A stretch of DNA of 64,000 nt from Anaerolineales bacterium (lineage in GTDB: Bacteria; Chloroflexota; Anaerolineae; Anaerolineales; E44-bin32): positions 11,890 to 75,889 of the forward strand of contig DAOUEK010000032.1 in assembly GCA_034430425.1 (NCBI GenBank), read 5' to 3'. Position numbers and translations under genes: made by a program. Positions within the stretch are counted from its first letter, which is position 1. The number at the start of each line of letters is the position of its first letter. Below the pieces are notes generated by a model. The model had not been told where the DNA came from. It ran no database searches and worked only from the letters and a program-made list of their open reading frames with translations. Positions 54,345 through 64,000 of the stretch are shown piece by piece.

Positions 54345-55325
54345 CTAGGAGTATCTTCTTCCATATCGATCCCGGAAAACGCCCGCTACCCCCAGCAGCA
54401 CCAGGCTTGCACCCGCGAAGGTCCACAGTGTGATCTCTTCGCCTAAAATGATCGCCCCCAATATCACCGCGATGACCGGATTTACGTAGGCATAGGTCAT
54501 GGCAACGCTGGTGGGCAGGAGCTTGAGGGTCTGCGTGAAGGCCGTGAAACCCAGGACCGAACCGATCAACACAAGATATCCCCAGGCCAACCAGGCTTCG
54601 TTCGTTGGTGTTGGTAATGGATCGCCGACAAGAAGAATCGTGATGATAAACCCAAGTCCTCCAATGAGCTGCTGGTACCCCGAACTCACCTCTGGCGAGA
54701 GTGCAACTTTGCGTCTGCTCTGGAGCACAGAACCGAGGCCCCAGCTGCACGAAGCGCCAATCAGCGCGATCAACGAGTAAAGATCGGCTCGTACACCGCT
54801 TTGCAGCGAAGGGACGCTCAAAAGAACAATGCCGCCAAACCCAAGCAGCAATGAGAACAGGAGCAACAACGACGGCGGACGGCGATCGATCAGAGACTCG
54901 ACAAATGCAACCCAAATCGGTGTGAAGGCGACGATCAGCGCAGCCAGGCCCGAGTCGGCTCGCATTTCCGCCCAACCCACGAGCCCGTTGGCGATCGTCC
55001 AAAAGAGGACGCCTGATCCGATGAGAATAAACCATTCCTCCCGTTTTGGAAGCATACGTTTTCTGCGAAACGCACCCCACGCAAGAAGAATAACCCCCGC
55101 CAGTATGAGACGCATGAAACCGAGTGTGAATGGCGAAAACCCACCGCCAGGGCGCACGGCGACACGAATTGCCAGGTAGGTACTCCCGTAGGCAATATAG
55201 ACGATCAACAGGTTGATCAATCCGATGGGATCGACCACCGCCCTTGCGTCGTCCTTTGGTTTCCCTACCGGCTGTTCCTCTATTGAAACCAGGGGCTCTC
55301 CGGTTCGGGCTTCACCATGATTCAT
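54345..55325 (-). CDS. DMT superfamily transporter (EamA family)
   Basis: ORF track, 326 aa, about 10 TM, with the two-EamA-repeat architecture (LLIVYIAYGSTYLAIRV...; ...GEEITLWTFAGASLVLLGV). Confidence 0.8.
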   Translation of the reverse strand: MNHGEARTGEPLVSIEEQPVGKPKDDARAVVDPIGLINLLIVYIAYGSTYLAIRVAVRPGGGFSPFTLGFMRLILAGVILLAWGAFRRKRMLPKREEWFILIGSGVLFWTIANGLVGWAEMRADSGLAALIVAFTPIWVAFVESLIDRRPPSLLLLFSLLLGFGGIVLLSVPSLQSGVRADLYSLIALIGASCSWGLGSVLQSRRKVALSPEVSSGYQQLIGGLGFIITILLVGDPLPTPTNEAWLAWGYLVLIGSVLGFTAFTQTLKLLPTSVAMTYAYVNPVIAVILGAIILGEEITLWTFAGASLVLLGVAGVFRDRYGRRYS

Positions 55326-55419
55326 GCGTGTCTCCTAGGATACAAAGCAGAAGTGTACCAAGAACAAGCGCAGTTATCCACATTGGACTTCGTTTTCGTT
55401 GCTATCGATTGGAAGACGC

Positions 55420-56184
55420 TCAGCAGTTCATGTCCCAGATGAGGCGTAGGCCGTCGAGCGTGAGCCACGGGGCAACGATTTGGATCACCTTCGTCTCTGC
55501 CGCGATGATCTTGGTCAAACCCCCTGTGCCGATGACCTTCATCTCGGGTCCCAATTCGGTTCGGAAGCGTTCCACCATGCCTTCCACCAATCCCACATAA
55601 CCATAGAGCAGACCGGACTGCATGGCGTGAACCGTGTTCCTCCCGATCGCTGCCGGCGGCCTGGAAAGATCGACACGCGGCAGCTTCGCCGTGCGTTGAA
55701 AGAGCGCATCGGCGGCGATGCCAATTCCCGGCGCGATGGCGCCGCCCAAATAATCCCCCTCGGCGGAAATGGCGTCGAAGGTCGTCGCGGTACCGAAGTC
55801 TACGACGCACGCCGGGCCGCCATATAGGTGCTGCACGGCAGCTGCGTCGACCACCCGGTCGGCGCCGACGGCCTTCGGATCTTCATAGCGGATACGTACG
55901 CCGGTCTTCACGCCGGCATCAACCACCAGCGCTGTCTGGCCGATGTAGTCCACACATGCTTGCTGGAATGTACCGGTGAGCGGCGGTACCACGGAAGCCA
56001 TCACCACCGCGTTCACATCGCCCGGCTCGCAGTCGACGTGCTGCAGTAAACCCAGCATTTGCACGCCGTATTCGTCGGGCATACGCTCGTGCGCCGTCGC
56101 CAGACGCCAGGCCGCCTTCATCTCATCCGCTCGATACAAACCCAAAGTGATGTTTGTGTTGCCGATATCAATGGCTAACAACAT
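55420..56184 (-). CDS. coaX: Type III pantothenate kinase
   Basis: ORF track, 254 aa. Motifs LLAIDIGNTNITLG, VVDFGTATTFD and IGTGGL. Confidence 0.9.
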   Translation of the reverse strand: MLLAIDIGNTNITLGLYRADEMKAAWRLATAHERMPDEYGVQMLGLLQHVDCEPGDVNAVVMASVVPPLTGTFQQACVDYIGQTALVVDAGVKTGVRIRYEDPKAVGADRVVDAAAVQHLYGGPACVVDFGTATTFDAISAEGDYLGGAIAPGIGIAADALFQRTAKLPRVDLSRPPAAIGRNTVHAMQSGLLYGYVGLVEGMVERFRTELGPEMKVIGTGGLTKIIAAETKVIQIVAPWLTLDGLRLIWDMNC

Positions 56185-56208
56185 GATTTTCTCTCCTGAT
56201 CTGGTCGC

Positions 56209-57045
56209 TCAGTCACACACCAGCATGTTGTCGATTAAGCGCGTCTCGCCGATAGTTACGGCCATCGAAAGCAATGCCTGTGTGATCTCTCCTGACAATT
56301 CATCCAGGCTGTCCGGATCGGAGACGGAAACATACTGTACCTTCGCCAATGGCTCGCCTCGCAATACCGCCATCATCTTTTCCCGCAGTGTTTCCGTATC
56401 TCGACCGCCGGCTTCGAACGTTTCCACCGCCGCCGTCAGCGAACGGAAAAGCACCGTGGCGGCTTTTCGCTGCGCTTCATTCAAATGGGTATTTCGACTG
56501 GATTTCGCCAGGCCATCCGCCTCGCGTACCGTCGGGCAAACCACCACTTCGATGGGGAAATCCAGATCGGCAGTCATGCGCCGAATCACCGCCGCCTGCT
56601 GGGCATCTTTCTGCCCGAAATAGGCGCGATCCGGTCCGACAGCATTGAACAATTTCGCCACGACCGTCGTCACGCCACGGAAATGCCCCGGCCGCTGCAG
56701 GCCTTCCAGATGCTGGGTTAATTCATCCACCGAAACCCACGTTTGAAAATCCTCGGGGTACATCGTCGCCGAGGTTGGCGTCCAGACCAGATCGACTCCT
56801 TCGGCTTTCAGCAGTCCCAGATCGCGCTCGAGATCCCGCGGGTAGGCTCCCAGATCCTCCTGCGGTCCGAACTGTGTGGGATTGACGAATATGCTCACCG
56901 CGACGCTCTCACAGTCATCCCGCGCTCGCCGCACGAGTGACAGGTGACCTTCGTGTAAAAAACCCATGGTTGGAACGAAACCCAGCGGCGCAGCAAGACC
57001 CGCACGCGCAGTCCGCAATTCCTGTATGCTCTCAACGATTCTCAT
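56209..57045 (-). CDS. panC: Pantoate--beta-alanine ligase
   Basis: ORF track 56209..57051. Motifs GFVPTMGFLHEGHLSL and SIFVNPTQF. ATG 57045 forms an ATGA overlap with the panE stop. Confidence 0.9.
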   Translation of the reverse strand: MRIVESIQELRTARAGLAAPLGFVPTMGFLHEGHLSLVRRARDDCESVAVSIFVNPTQFGPQEDLGAYPRDLERDLGLLKAEGVDLVWTPTSATMYPEDFQTWVSVDELTQHLEGLQRPGHFRGVTTVVAKLFNAVGPDRAYFGQKDAQQAAVIRRMTADLDFPIEVVVCPTVREADGLAKSSRNTHLNEAQRKAATVLFRSLTAAVETFEAGGRDTETLREKMMAVLRGEPLAKVQYVSVSDPDSLDELSGEITQALLSMAVTIGETRLIDNMLVCD

Positions 57046-57965
57046 CCCCAATCTCCCTGTTTGCCTGAATCCATAGCGTGAACTAAATGCCAGAACGTTT
57101 CGATGATGGGCACATCCACATTCGCTTCCCGCGCCGATCGTACGATAGCCCCATTGATGGCCTCGATCTCGGTCGGTGCACCGCGAGTGACGTCTTGCAG
57201 CATGGAGGAATGATTCTGCGCCGTTTGATATGCAACCCGCGCTACCTCGGCAGCAGGATCATCGTAGGGCAGGACTACACCCAGCGCCCGCGCCACGGCA
57301 GCCGCCTCTTCTGCGATCGACTGCATCAACTCGCCTGCATGCGGCCTTTCCAACAGGATGCCATTCGGCACGCCCAGGATCGCCGTCAAGGGATTGATGG
57401 CCGCATTGACGATCAATTTTCCCCAGATGACGCTTTCCAAATCGGCAGTGGTTTCAACTTCGAAGCCTGATTCTCGCAACAACTTGATGAATGGTTCCAA
57501 ACGAGGTCGTTCGGCGACGAGGATAGGTCCTTTCCCCCCTTCGCGAACGTGACCCGGGCCCAATAACGTCGCGCCGGTTGTGGTCACGCCCTGTGTCGTG
57601 CGCGATTCGCCCAGCAGCTCCGCGAGAATTTCCCGATTGCCCAAACCGTTCTGCAGCGTCAACGCCACGCCATCATCACGCAGACAGGCAGCCAGCTGTT
57701 GCGCCGCACGTTCGGTTTGCCAGGACTTCACCAGAACCAACGCGCAGGAATGTCCCCGACAATCCGCCGGATCGTTCGTCGCACGGACTGTAAAGACGCA
57801 TTCCTCACCATCCGCCGTGGTCAGGCGCACGCCGTTTTCATTCAGCGCCGCCAGACCTTGCTCCCAGGTTCCCAGCAGGGTAACTTCGACATGCGGCGCC
57901 AGACGGGCAGCGAAGTAACAGGCCAGGGCCCCCGTGCCGGCGATTAAAATCGGCTCACAACCCAC
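57042..57965 (-). CDS. panE: 2-dehydropantoate 2-reductase
   Basis: ORF track 57042..58010, which overlaps panB. GTG 57965 (GAGGGA upstream) gives (M)GCEPILIAGTGALACYFAARL (Rossmann fold). SSMLQD...EIEAINGAIV is also present. Confidence 0.8.
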   Translation of the reverse strand: MGCEPILIAGTGALACYFAARLAPHVEVTLLGTWEQGLAALNENGVRLTTADGEECVFTVRATNDPADCRGHSCALVLVKSWQTERAAQQLAACLRDDGVALTLQNGLGNREILAELLGESRTTQGVTTTGATLLGPGHVREGGKGPILVAERPRLEPFIKLLRESGFEVETTADLESVIWGKLIVNAAINPLTAILGVPNGILLERPHAGELMQSIAEEAAAVARALGVVLPYDDPAAEVARVAYQTAQNHSSMLQDVTRGAPTEIEAINGAIVRSAREANVDVPIIETFWHLVHAMDSGKQGDWG

Positions 57966-57976
57966 GGTTTCGTCCC

Positions 57977-58849
57977 TCAACCATCGAGCAGCGCGGTCAA
58001 GGCATCCCATTCTTCATCCGGCATTTCAATGCTGTGCTCTTCTGCCGGAAAGCGACCGTTTTCGACGTCATCTTTATAGGCACCAAACGCCGTGGCCATC
58101 TCGCCATGCAAGTCGGCGTATTTCTTTACGAATCGCGGCGTGAAGCGATCGAACAGCCCCAGCAAGTCATGTGTGACCAGCACCTGTCCGTCACAACCAA
58201 CACCCGCGCCGATGCCGATCGTGGGAATCTCCAGCCGTTCTGAGATCAGACGGGCCAGGCGCGTGGGGATTGATTCAAGCACGATGGAAAAGCAACCCGC
58301 CTGTTCCAGCAGTTGCGCATTTTCGATCAGCCTATGTGCTGTCTGCGCCGATTTGCCTTGCGCTCGGAAGCCTCCGAATTGATGCACGGACTGCGGGGTG
58401 AGACCAAGATGCCCCTGCACAGGAATGCCTGCGGAAACAATGGCTTCGATCGCCGGAAGGCGCTCACGGCCGCCTTCCAGCTTCACCGCGTCCATCCCTG
58501 CTTCCTTGAGGAAGCGACCTGCATTCCGTACCGCATCCTCCACACAAGCTTGGTAGGAGAGAAAGGGCATGTCGCCAATCAGCAAGGCGTATTGGGCGCC
58601 ACGCGCCACGGCCTTGCAGTGATGGATCATGTCGTCCATCGTCACCGGTAAGGTGTTCTCGTAGCCCAGGACCACCATGCCCAGCGAATCTCCTACCAGG
58701 ATGGAATCGATCTCCACCCGGTCGAGGGCCATGGCAGTGGCATAATCGTATGCGGTGAGCATGCTGATCTGCTCGCCGCGCGCCTTTTTCTGCCGAAAGG
58801 TACGTGTGGTGACTTTCTTGCGTTGAACAGAATCTGATGATTTTGACAC
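57977..58849 (-). CDS. panB: 3-methyl-2-oxobutanoate hydroxymethyltransferase
   Basis: ORF track 57977..58933. GTG 58849 has GGAGGAG upstream. Motifs MLTAYDY, ILVGDSLGMV and VKLEGG. Confidence 0.9.
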   Translation of the reverse strand: MSKSSDSVQRKKVTTRTFRQKKARGEQISMLTAYDYATAMALDRVEIDSILVGDSLGMVVLGYENTLPVTMDDMIHHCKAVARGAQYALLIGDMPFLSYQACVEDAVRNAGRFLKEAGMDAVKLEGGRERLPAIEAIVSAGIPVQGHLGLTPQSVHQFGGFRAQGKSAQTAHRLIENAQLLEQAGCFSIVLESIPTRLARLISERLEIPTIGIGAGVGCDGQVLVTHDLLGLFDRFTPRFVKKYADLHGEMATAFGAYKDDVENGRFPAEEHSIEMPDEEWDALTALLDG

Positions 58850-59041
58850 GGCTATCTCCTCCTTCGAGTGAGATGCCCAACAGTCCGAGGTACGTGCCCG
58901 CCTGGACCTGGGCGGGATATCGAACGATTTCACTCCCGTCGTCTCGGTCCATCGGATCCGAGCGACCGGCGTATTATAGCAGAAATCTCAGAAGCGGGAC
59001 GGCAGGATTATTCTGGATTGCGATAGAATAAGTAACGGCCT

Positions 59042-59506
59042 ATGACCACAACACCAGTCACACTCGCCCTGGACGCACTCGGCATCCCCCACAGACTGCA
59101 CGTGCACGCCACGCCGCTGCGTTCGCTCGAACAGGCGGCGAGCGAACGAGGGCTGGCGCCGGATCAAATCGTGCGCAGTTTGGTTTTTCGACTCGAAAAT
59201 GAAAATTACATTCTGGTGCTCATGCCGGGTCCGGGAAAAGTCGACTGGCCCAAATTACGCCATCACCTGGGCGTATCACGCATCACCACAGCGGAAGCAG
59301 ATGAAGTCCTCAAAGTCACGGGCTACAAGGCCGGTGCGGTCTCGCCCTTCGGCTTGCCCGAACCCCTGCGCATCCTCGCCGACCGCAGGATCATGGACTA
59401 CGAAACCATCTCCATCGGCGCCGGGATCCGCAACGCGGGGATCATTCTCAAACGGGACGATCTGTTACATGCAATCCAGCCGGAAATGGGCAACTTCGCA
59501 TCGTAA
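59042..59506 (+). CDS. YbaK/EbsC-family aminoacyl-tRNA deacylase
   Basis: ORF track, 154 aa. VRSLVF...ILVLMPGPGKVDWPKL...GYKAGAVSPFGL is typical of the YbaK/ProX trans-editing domain. Confidence 0.7.
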   Translation: MTTTPVTLALDALGIPHRLHVHATPLRSLEQAASERGLAPDQIVRSLVFRLENENYILVLMPGPGKVDWPKLRHHLGVSRITTAEADEVLKVTGYKAGAVSPFGLPEPLRILADRRIMDYETISIGAGIRNAGIILKRDDLLHAIQPEMGNFAS

Positions 59507-59527
59507 ATTACACACGGTTTTCCCTGA

Positions 59528-60571
59528 TTATTCCGGCAGTTCTGCGTCCCAAATCGAATCGCGCATCACAAAAAGCACCACTATCGCCAGACAAAGCAAT
59601 CCGAATATCCCAAGCCCGAAGGAGAGTAATATATCATCCGGACGCACGATGTAATCCAGCATGAAGGCATACACGCTGTTCACCACGCCGTGCATAAAAG
59701 CCGCCACCCAGATGCTTCCGGTTTTATATACGGCATAACTCTGAATAACGCCCCACAATGCAAAGAAGACCAAACCCAATCCCAGAATCGTCGACGGATA
59801 GGTGTGAACGCCGCTCATGATGATGGGGAAATGCCACAGCCCCCAAATCAACCCCACGATCAGCGCCGTGCGACGCTTCCCCGTTGGAGACAATTCATCC
59901 TGCAGGAACCCTCGCCAGCCATATTCTTCACCAAATACCAGCGCCAATCCACTGAGCGGGATTCCCGTGACGGCCAGCCCGAAAGCCACGATCAACGCCA
60001 GAGGCCGGATGCCTGCGGAAATCGGTATTCCATACACCTGCTGAACCTGGCCCTGGAATTTTCCCAGACCCAGCAGCAGGTTAAGTCCTGCCTGCAGAGC
60101 GAAGAAAAGGATCACCCCCAATATGAATTTCACACCGCGGTCTACATCCCCGAGCTGTAATCCGGCCCTTTCGAGCTCCGCTTTGCTGCTCTGTCCGGCG
60201 ATCGAAATCACAAGCAGCGTCCACAACGTCAGCAGCAGGCTGCCTGCGCCGCGGAAAACCGCGGATTGCCCCTGAGCGCCCGTACCGACCAACGCTACCA
60301 CGGAGTAGATCGCGGTCAGCAGCAGAAATCCGTAGAGAATCAAGCGAGGTTTTCCTTGATAGGTTCGGAAATATACGGAGCTGTCTTTAAAGAGGAAGAG
60401 CCGAAGGACAATGGCGACGAAGGCGGGGAAAAACATACCCAGCGGCGATAAACCCCGGTCCAGATAGGCCGAGTGCCCGATCGTGGCCGCAAGCAGCCCA
60501 TCGAAGCCCCATGAAAGCGCAAAAGTGAGCGACAAGAAGAGACCGATCCGACCGATTCGGAATTCACGCAT
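59528..60571 (-). CDS. CPBP family intramembrane glutamic endopeptidase (CAAX/Abi-like)
   Basis: ORF track 59528..60688. ATG 60571 (AGGA 6 nt upstream) gives MREFRIGRIGLFLSL; ATG 60586 is an alternative. Motifs FGEEYGWRGFLQ (EExxxR) and WGLWHFP...FMHGVVN. Confidence 0.75.
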   Translation of the reverse strand: MREFRIGRIGLFLSLTFALSWGFDGLLAATIGHSAYLDRGLSPLGMFFPAFVAIVLRLFLFKDSSVYFRTYQGKPRLILYGFLLLTAIYSVVALVGTGAQGQSAVFRGAGSLLLTLWTLLVISIAGQSSKAELERAGLQLGDVDRGVKFILGVILFFALQAGLNLLLGLGKFQGQVQQVYGIPISAGIRPLALIVAFGLAVTGIPLSGLALVFGEEYGWRGFLQDELSPTGKRRTALIVGLIWGLWHFPIIMSGVHTYPSTILGLGLVFFALWGVIQSYAVYKTGSIWVAAFMHGVVNSVYAFMLDYIVRPDDILLSFGLGIFGLLCLAIVVLFVMRDSIWDAELPE

Positions 60572-60749
60572 GAATTTTCCTGTCATTTGTATGAACGATA
60601 ATCCTGACCGCCTCGTGCTTAAATTCAAGGTTTCTTGAATCACGCATATTATTTTCCGAACTTCCGACCCGCACAAACAGCGAATCATGCAGCCGGAAAC
60701 CCCACATCACGAAACTTGTCGTTCAGGTCCTGGCCGGGTGAGGCTCAGG

Positions 60750-61478
60750 CTATTGATACCCCCGCCGTTTCGCTTCCTCGAGGATCTCGGACGTCGAAGT
60801 GGCCCCGATACGTGTTACGCCCAATTCGCGTACCCGCAGCAAGTCATCCAGCGTCCGCACCCCACCAGCCGCTTTCACCCCCATTTCAGGGGCAGTATGC
60901 TTGCGCATGAGGCGCAAATCGTGGTCGGTCGCACCAGCGTAGGTATACATGCCGTTGGTCTGCTTCACAAATCCATATCCGGTAGAAGTCTTGACATAGG
61001 CTACACCACACTGCGAACAAATCTCACACAATCTGCGGATGTGCACGTCTTCGAGGAAATCGTTCTCGAAAATCACCTTGAGGATCGCCCCCTGCCCCGT
61101 CACGGCCTCGTTAACCGCGGCGATCTCTCTGGCCACGTAATCCCAATCACCGCCGAGGACCTTACCGATGTTCACAACCATGTCGATTTCAATCGCGCCA
61201 TCCCACACCGATTTCTCGGCCTCCCGGACTTTGATTTCCGTGGTGCTGTTGCCGTGCGGAAAAGCGGCAACACCACAAACACCCACATCAGACCCCTGCA
61301 GCACATCAGCCGCCACGCGAACGGCGTACGGTTTCACACACGCCGTGGCTACGTAATACTTGCTCGCCAATTCGCAGCCTTCTACAATCGCATCATCAGT
61401 GAGTGTGGGATGGAGCAGCGAATGGTCGATCATCTTGGCCAGGGTCTTTAGGTGAAGGGCTTTTTCCATTTGAAACAC
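60750..61478 (-). CDS. deoC: Deoxyribose-phosphate aldolase
   Basis: ORF track, 242 aa. Motifs MIDHSLLHP, YVKTSTGY (Schiff-base Lys) and VKAAGGVRT. Confidence 0.9.
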   Translation of the reverse strand: MFQMEKALHLKTLAKMIDHSLLHPTLTDDAIVEGCELASKYYVATACVKPYAVRVAADVLQGSDVGVCGVAAFPHGNSTTEIKVREAEKSVWDGAIEIDMVVNIGKVLGGDWDYVAREIAAVNEAVTGQGAILKVIFENDFLEDVHIRRLCEICSQCGVAYVKTSTGYGFVKQTNGMYTYAGATDHDLRLMRKHTAPEMGVKAAGGVRTLDDLLRVRELGVTRIGATSTSEILEEAKRRGYQ

Positions 61479-61584
61479 TCACTTGCCAGATTGGAATGAT
61501 CGCGGTCCTTTGCAATCTACTTGGTGATCGGGTAGCACACCTCGATGTTGCAGCTCTACAAGTCGGCCTATGTATTGTCACTTA

Positions 61585-62244
61585 TCAAGTTAAGCCGGTC
61601 TGTAGAAACGCAACAGCTCCTGTAACCACCCGCTTCACAGCCTCCACGGAAGCATCGATATCTCCCAGCACGTCCATGCTGTGATCGGCTTCCTTGATTA
61701 CACACAATTCGAAAGTCCGGGAAGCACGCAGCGATTCAATTGCCGCTGCTTCGTAAAAACGATCCGCCGTGCCAGTTACCAGGAACGCCGGCTGTGTGGT
61801 TTCAACAAACGTATTGTCGAAGAACGCATGTCCAAGCGGCGGGTTGAGCAAGACCAGGCGTGCCGCCTCCAGCGCGGGTTCCACCTGACAGATATGCGCG
61901 GCGATGCTGGCGCCGATCGATTTTCCTGCCAATGCCACTCGGGGATACGCACGCTCGGAGATTATGTACTGAACCGCGGCGATGCATTCACCAACCAGCC
62001 CGGGGATGGTCTCCACAGAGAGTTCTTCCATGCGCGTCTGGTAACCATAGGTCACGGCGAGCGAATCCCAGCCGGATGCCTGCAGCATCTCGCTGAGGTA
62101 ATACAGCATCGGCCCATCGACTCCGTAGTTGCCACCGGGCAAAAGGACGATCAAACCCTCCGGATCATGTTGTTGGCGATAGAACTTATGCATTAAGGGA
62201 CGCCCATCACTCGTCTGAATGGGTAGACGGATTAAGTCCACCAT
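61585..62244 (-). CDS. Alpha/beta hydrolase (dienelactone-hydrolase-like)
   Basis: ORF track, 219 aa. Nucleophile elbow LAGKSIGAS (G-x-S-x-G) and a late ADH (EADHSM) consistent with the catalytic His. Confidence 0.55.
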   Translation of the reverse strand: MVDLIRLPIQTSDGRPLMHKFYRQQHDPEGLIVLLPGGNYGVDGPMLYYLSEMLQASGWDSLAVTYGYQTRMEELSVETIPGLVGECIAAVQYIISERAYPRVALAGKSIGASIAAHICQVEPALEAARLVLLNPPLGHAFFDNTFVETTQPAFLVTGTADRFYEAAAIESLRASRTFELCVIKEADHSMDVLGDIDASVEAVKRVVTGAVAFLQTGLT

Positions 62245-62295
62245 GCGTACCTCCCGAAAAAACCTTTGGATAAAATTCTGGAGTGTTTAATCTCG

Positions 62296-63705
62296 CTATG
62301 GAACCCATTGTGGCGCATAGCCTCTCGCCACCAGCAACTGCAATCCTTCGCCATCGACAGCGGTCACCCAAAGTTCGATCGGCTGCGTGATGTCGCCCTG
62401 ATCCTTGCGCACAAAGACCAGCATTTGCGCATCCGGACTCCAGACCATGGAGGATACGTGCAAATTCGGTTCTGCGGTCAACTGTCTGGGATCCGATCCG
62501 TCCGAGCGCATGATCCAAAGCTGACGGCCGAGTGTCCAGCGATCGGCTTCGAGGTACTTGCGCGTAAAGGCAATCCATTCTCCATCCGGGGAGTACCTCG
62601 GCGCGGCATCCTCAACCAGACCCACTTTTTCCCCCGTCAGATCTGTCACATTGCCGCTTTCAACATCCATGCGGTAGATGTGGCTGTAGAAACCAACCTT
62701 CGAATCATCTGCGGCGTTGTCCTCCTGGATCACAATGGATGCGTAGATCAAGTGCTTGCCATCTGGCGACCAGGAACCACTCATGCCGAGATCGTTGGGG
62801 ATGAAGTTGAATGGTTGCGCATCGAGGCCGTTTTCGAAATCCACGAGAGCGATGGCCTTCAAGGTATCATCGTAGTATGCCAATCGGCCGGCCGCCGACC
62901 AGTTGGGGCTGGAGGTTACGTGATCCATGTTGCCGATCGGAAACGCTTCGTCCTCGGATCCCAGATCCAATATCCAGACACTGCTCGGGCCAGGAAATGG
63001 CTGTCCTCCCTGTCCGGCGAAAAAACCAAAGCGCTGGAAAGCAATTCTGTCACCGCCTGGCGCGTGGACGATCGCCTGACAGCAATCATTCTGCGGGCAT
63101 GGATAGAGCTGCCGATCCTGCACCGTCGAGAACGTTATCTGTCGCAGTTCGGTGCTTCCATCTGCCAGCGCCGCTGCGTAAACAACGCTGTCGCCATCGG
63201 GACTCAAACTGTAATCGAGAATGCCTGACTCCGTCTGCGTGAGACGTTCCGCTTCCTCATCCTCTAGATGGCGGATATACAGATCCGCCGGACCGGATTC
63301 AGGCCACAGGTAAATCACCCGTCTCTCCGCGATTTGAAATGACCAGGTGTAACTGCGCAGCATCGGCAAGAATATCTTCGCGCTCGCTCCGGATTCCAAT
63401 CGCAGCGTTATCGTCTCGCCTTTGGGCCAGTTTTCGTCCGGCTGAATCGTCAGGGTCCGATTCTCCCATGTGAAACTTCCATCCACATCGGGACTGATGG
63501 AAATTCGGGATTCCACCGTGTCCGGGTCCATCTCATGGGTGAATACAAGCTGCAGCGGGCGTTTCGACGAGATGTCGATACTTCCATCTTCCGGGACGAT
63601 CCGCGCAACACGCGGTGTGGCGAGCAGTACAATCGCCAAAAGTGCGAGAAATAAAACCACGCCGCCGAGTAATGATCGCGGCAGGCGAGCAGTTCGATCC
63701 CTCAT
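62296..63705 (-). CDS. Membrane-anchored protein with an Ig-like (SbsA-type) domain and a TolB-like beta-propeller (PD40 repeats)
   Basis: ORF track, 469 aa. TM segment LLGGVVLFLALLAIVLL. Repeated PD40-like units are present (YSLSPDGDSVVY, SWSPDGKHLIY, RYSPDGEWIAF, VWSPDAQMLVF). The ATG overlaps the upstream stop (ATGA). Confidence 0.55.
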   Translation of the reverse strand: MRDRTARLPRSLLGGVVLFLALLAIVLLATPRVARIVPEDGSIDISSKRPLQLVFTHEMDPDTVESRISISPDVDGSFTWENRTLTIQPDENWPKGETITLRLESGASAKIFLPMLRSYTWSFQIAERRVIYLWPESGPADLYIRHLEDEEAERLTQTESGILDYSLSPDGDSVVYAAALADGSTELRQITFSTVQDRQLYPCPQNDCCQAIVHAPGGDRIAFQRFGFFAGQGGQPFPGPSSVWILDLGSEDEAFPIGNMDHVTSSPNWSAAGRLAYYDDTLKAIALVDFENGLDAQPFNFIPNDLGMSGSWSPDGKHLIYASIVIQEDNAADDSKVGFYSHIYRMDVESGNVTDLTGEKVGLVEDAAPRYSPDGEWIAFTRKYLEADRWTLGRQLWIMRSDGSDPRQLTAEPNLHVSSMVWSPDAQMLVFVRKDQGDITQPIELWVTAVDGEGLQLLVARGYAPQWVP

Positions 63706-64000
63706 TCCGCGGTTCGCTCCAAAAGTTCCTTAAGCCTGACTTTCAAATCCTCGATGGCCGCTATCGGCGTTGGATTTTCTCCATACGCCATCGCCAGATA
63801 ATACGAGACGTAATCCCCAAAATGCAGCGTTGTCCATTGCTGCGCCAGCAGGGAATCCCCACAGGCTTCTACGATATCCGTACCGAATCCCTCGACCATA
63901 AGTAATTCTTTGGTGACATGGATGCGTGCCAGATTGCGGGGATGGTTCAACGAACCACGCAGGAAAAGAACCATCGTGCTGTCGAACAATGCCTGCGGAT
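63702..64000 (-). CDS. Bifunctional phosphoglucose/phosphomannose isomerase family protein, C-terminal part (5' end outside the window)
   Basis: The frame is open to position 64000. The C-terminus ...HFGDYVSYYLAMAYGENPTPIAAIEDLKVRLKE matches my recollection of the PGI/PMI C-terminal domain. Only about 99 codons are visible. Confidence 0.45.
   Translation of the reverse strand, partial: PQALFDSTMVLFLRGSLNHPRNLARIHVTKELLMVEGFGTDIVEACGDSLLAQQWTTLHFGDYVSYYLAMAYGENPTPIAAIEDLKVRLKELLERTAE

Noticed and set aside
54301-55080. A 259-aa minus-strand ORF overlapping the EamA transporter gene in another frame.
   Set aside because: It is on the same strand but out of frame with a convincing 10-TM EamA protein. 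The translation is Arg/Cys/His-rich, typical of an off-frame reading of GC-rich coding sequence.
60687-61451. A 254-aa plus-strand ORF antisense to deoC.
   Set aside because: deoC motifs (VKTSTGY, VKAAGGVRT) are unambiguous on the minus strand, and the antisense ORF is Arg/His-rich.
62266-63228. A 320-aa plus-strand ORF antisense to the TolB-like gene.
   Set aside because: The sense-strand product shows repeated PD40-like units and a TM anchor. The antisense product has no recognisable features and no plausible RBS.

Overview
Gene-dense chromosomal window with moderately high GC. The protein repertoire tentatively suggests a Chloroflexota (Anaerolineae-like) bacterium; this rests on recollection of protein families only, with no search run. 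No transposase, integrase, CRISPR array or rRNA was seen.

Most of the window is housekeeping:
- a pyrimidine operon (pyrC-pyrB-pyrF/E fusion-pyrD) behind a structured leader with two terminator-like hairpins
- mutS2
- a two-subunit class I fumarate hydratase
- a complete System I cytochrome c maturation cluster (ccmE-F-H-G, two extra genes, ccmA-B-C-D)
- rnd plus a beta-CASP MBL RNase
- tRNA-Ser(CGA) and tRNA-Leu(CAA)
- pepF, ychF, a bactofilin, coaBC
- a panB-panE-panC-coaX operon
- deoC

Three items are not visible in the ORF track:
- a GrdB-family selenoprotein split by an in-frame TGA (33131..34021)
- a 59-aa CcmD
- a 5'-proximal HerA-like ATPase gene that runs off the window edge

The stand-out region is a same-strand array at about 42.8-54.3 kb. 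It encodes a sulfotransferase, a small membrane protein, an AlkP-superfamily enzyme, three tandem copies of a two-gene module, and an Atg22/UMF1-type MFS transporter carrying a large inserted soluble domain. The array ends at a strong bidirectional terminator.

Each module is a roughly 172-aa, roughly 5-TM protein followed by a roughly 515-aa sulfatase-fold enzyme with a twin-arginine signal. In all three enzymes the sulfatase C-x-P-x-R formylglycine motif is replaced by T-x-(P/S)-x-T. I interpret the pairs as a possible split-gene version of LtaS/EptA-type membrane phosphotransferases. That interpretation is inference and needs HMM, structure-prediction and comparative-genomic checks.
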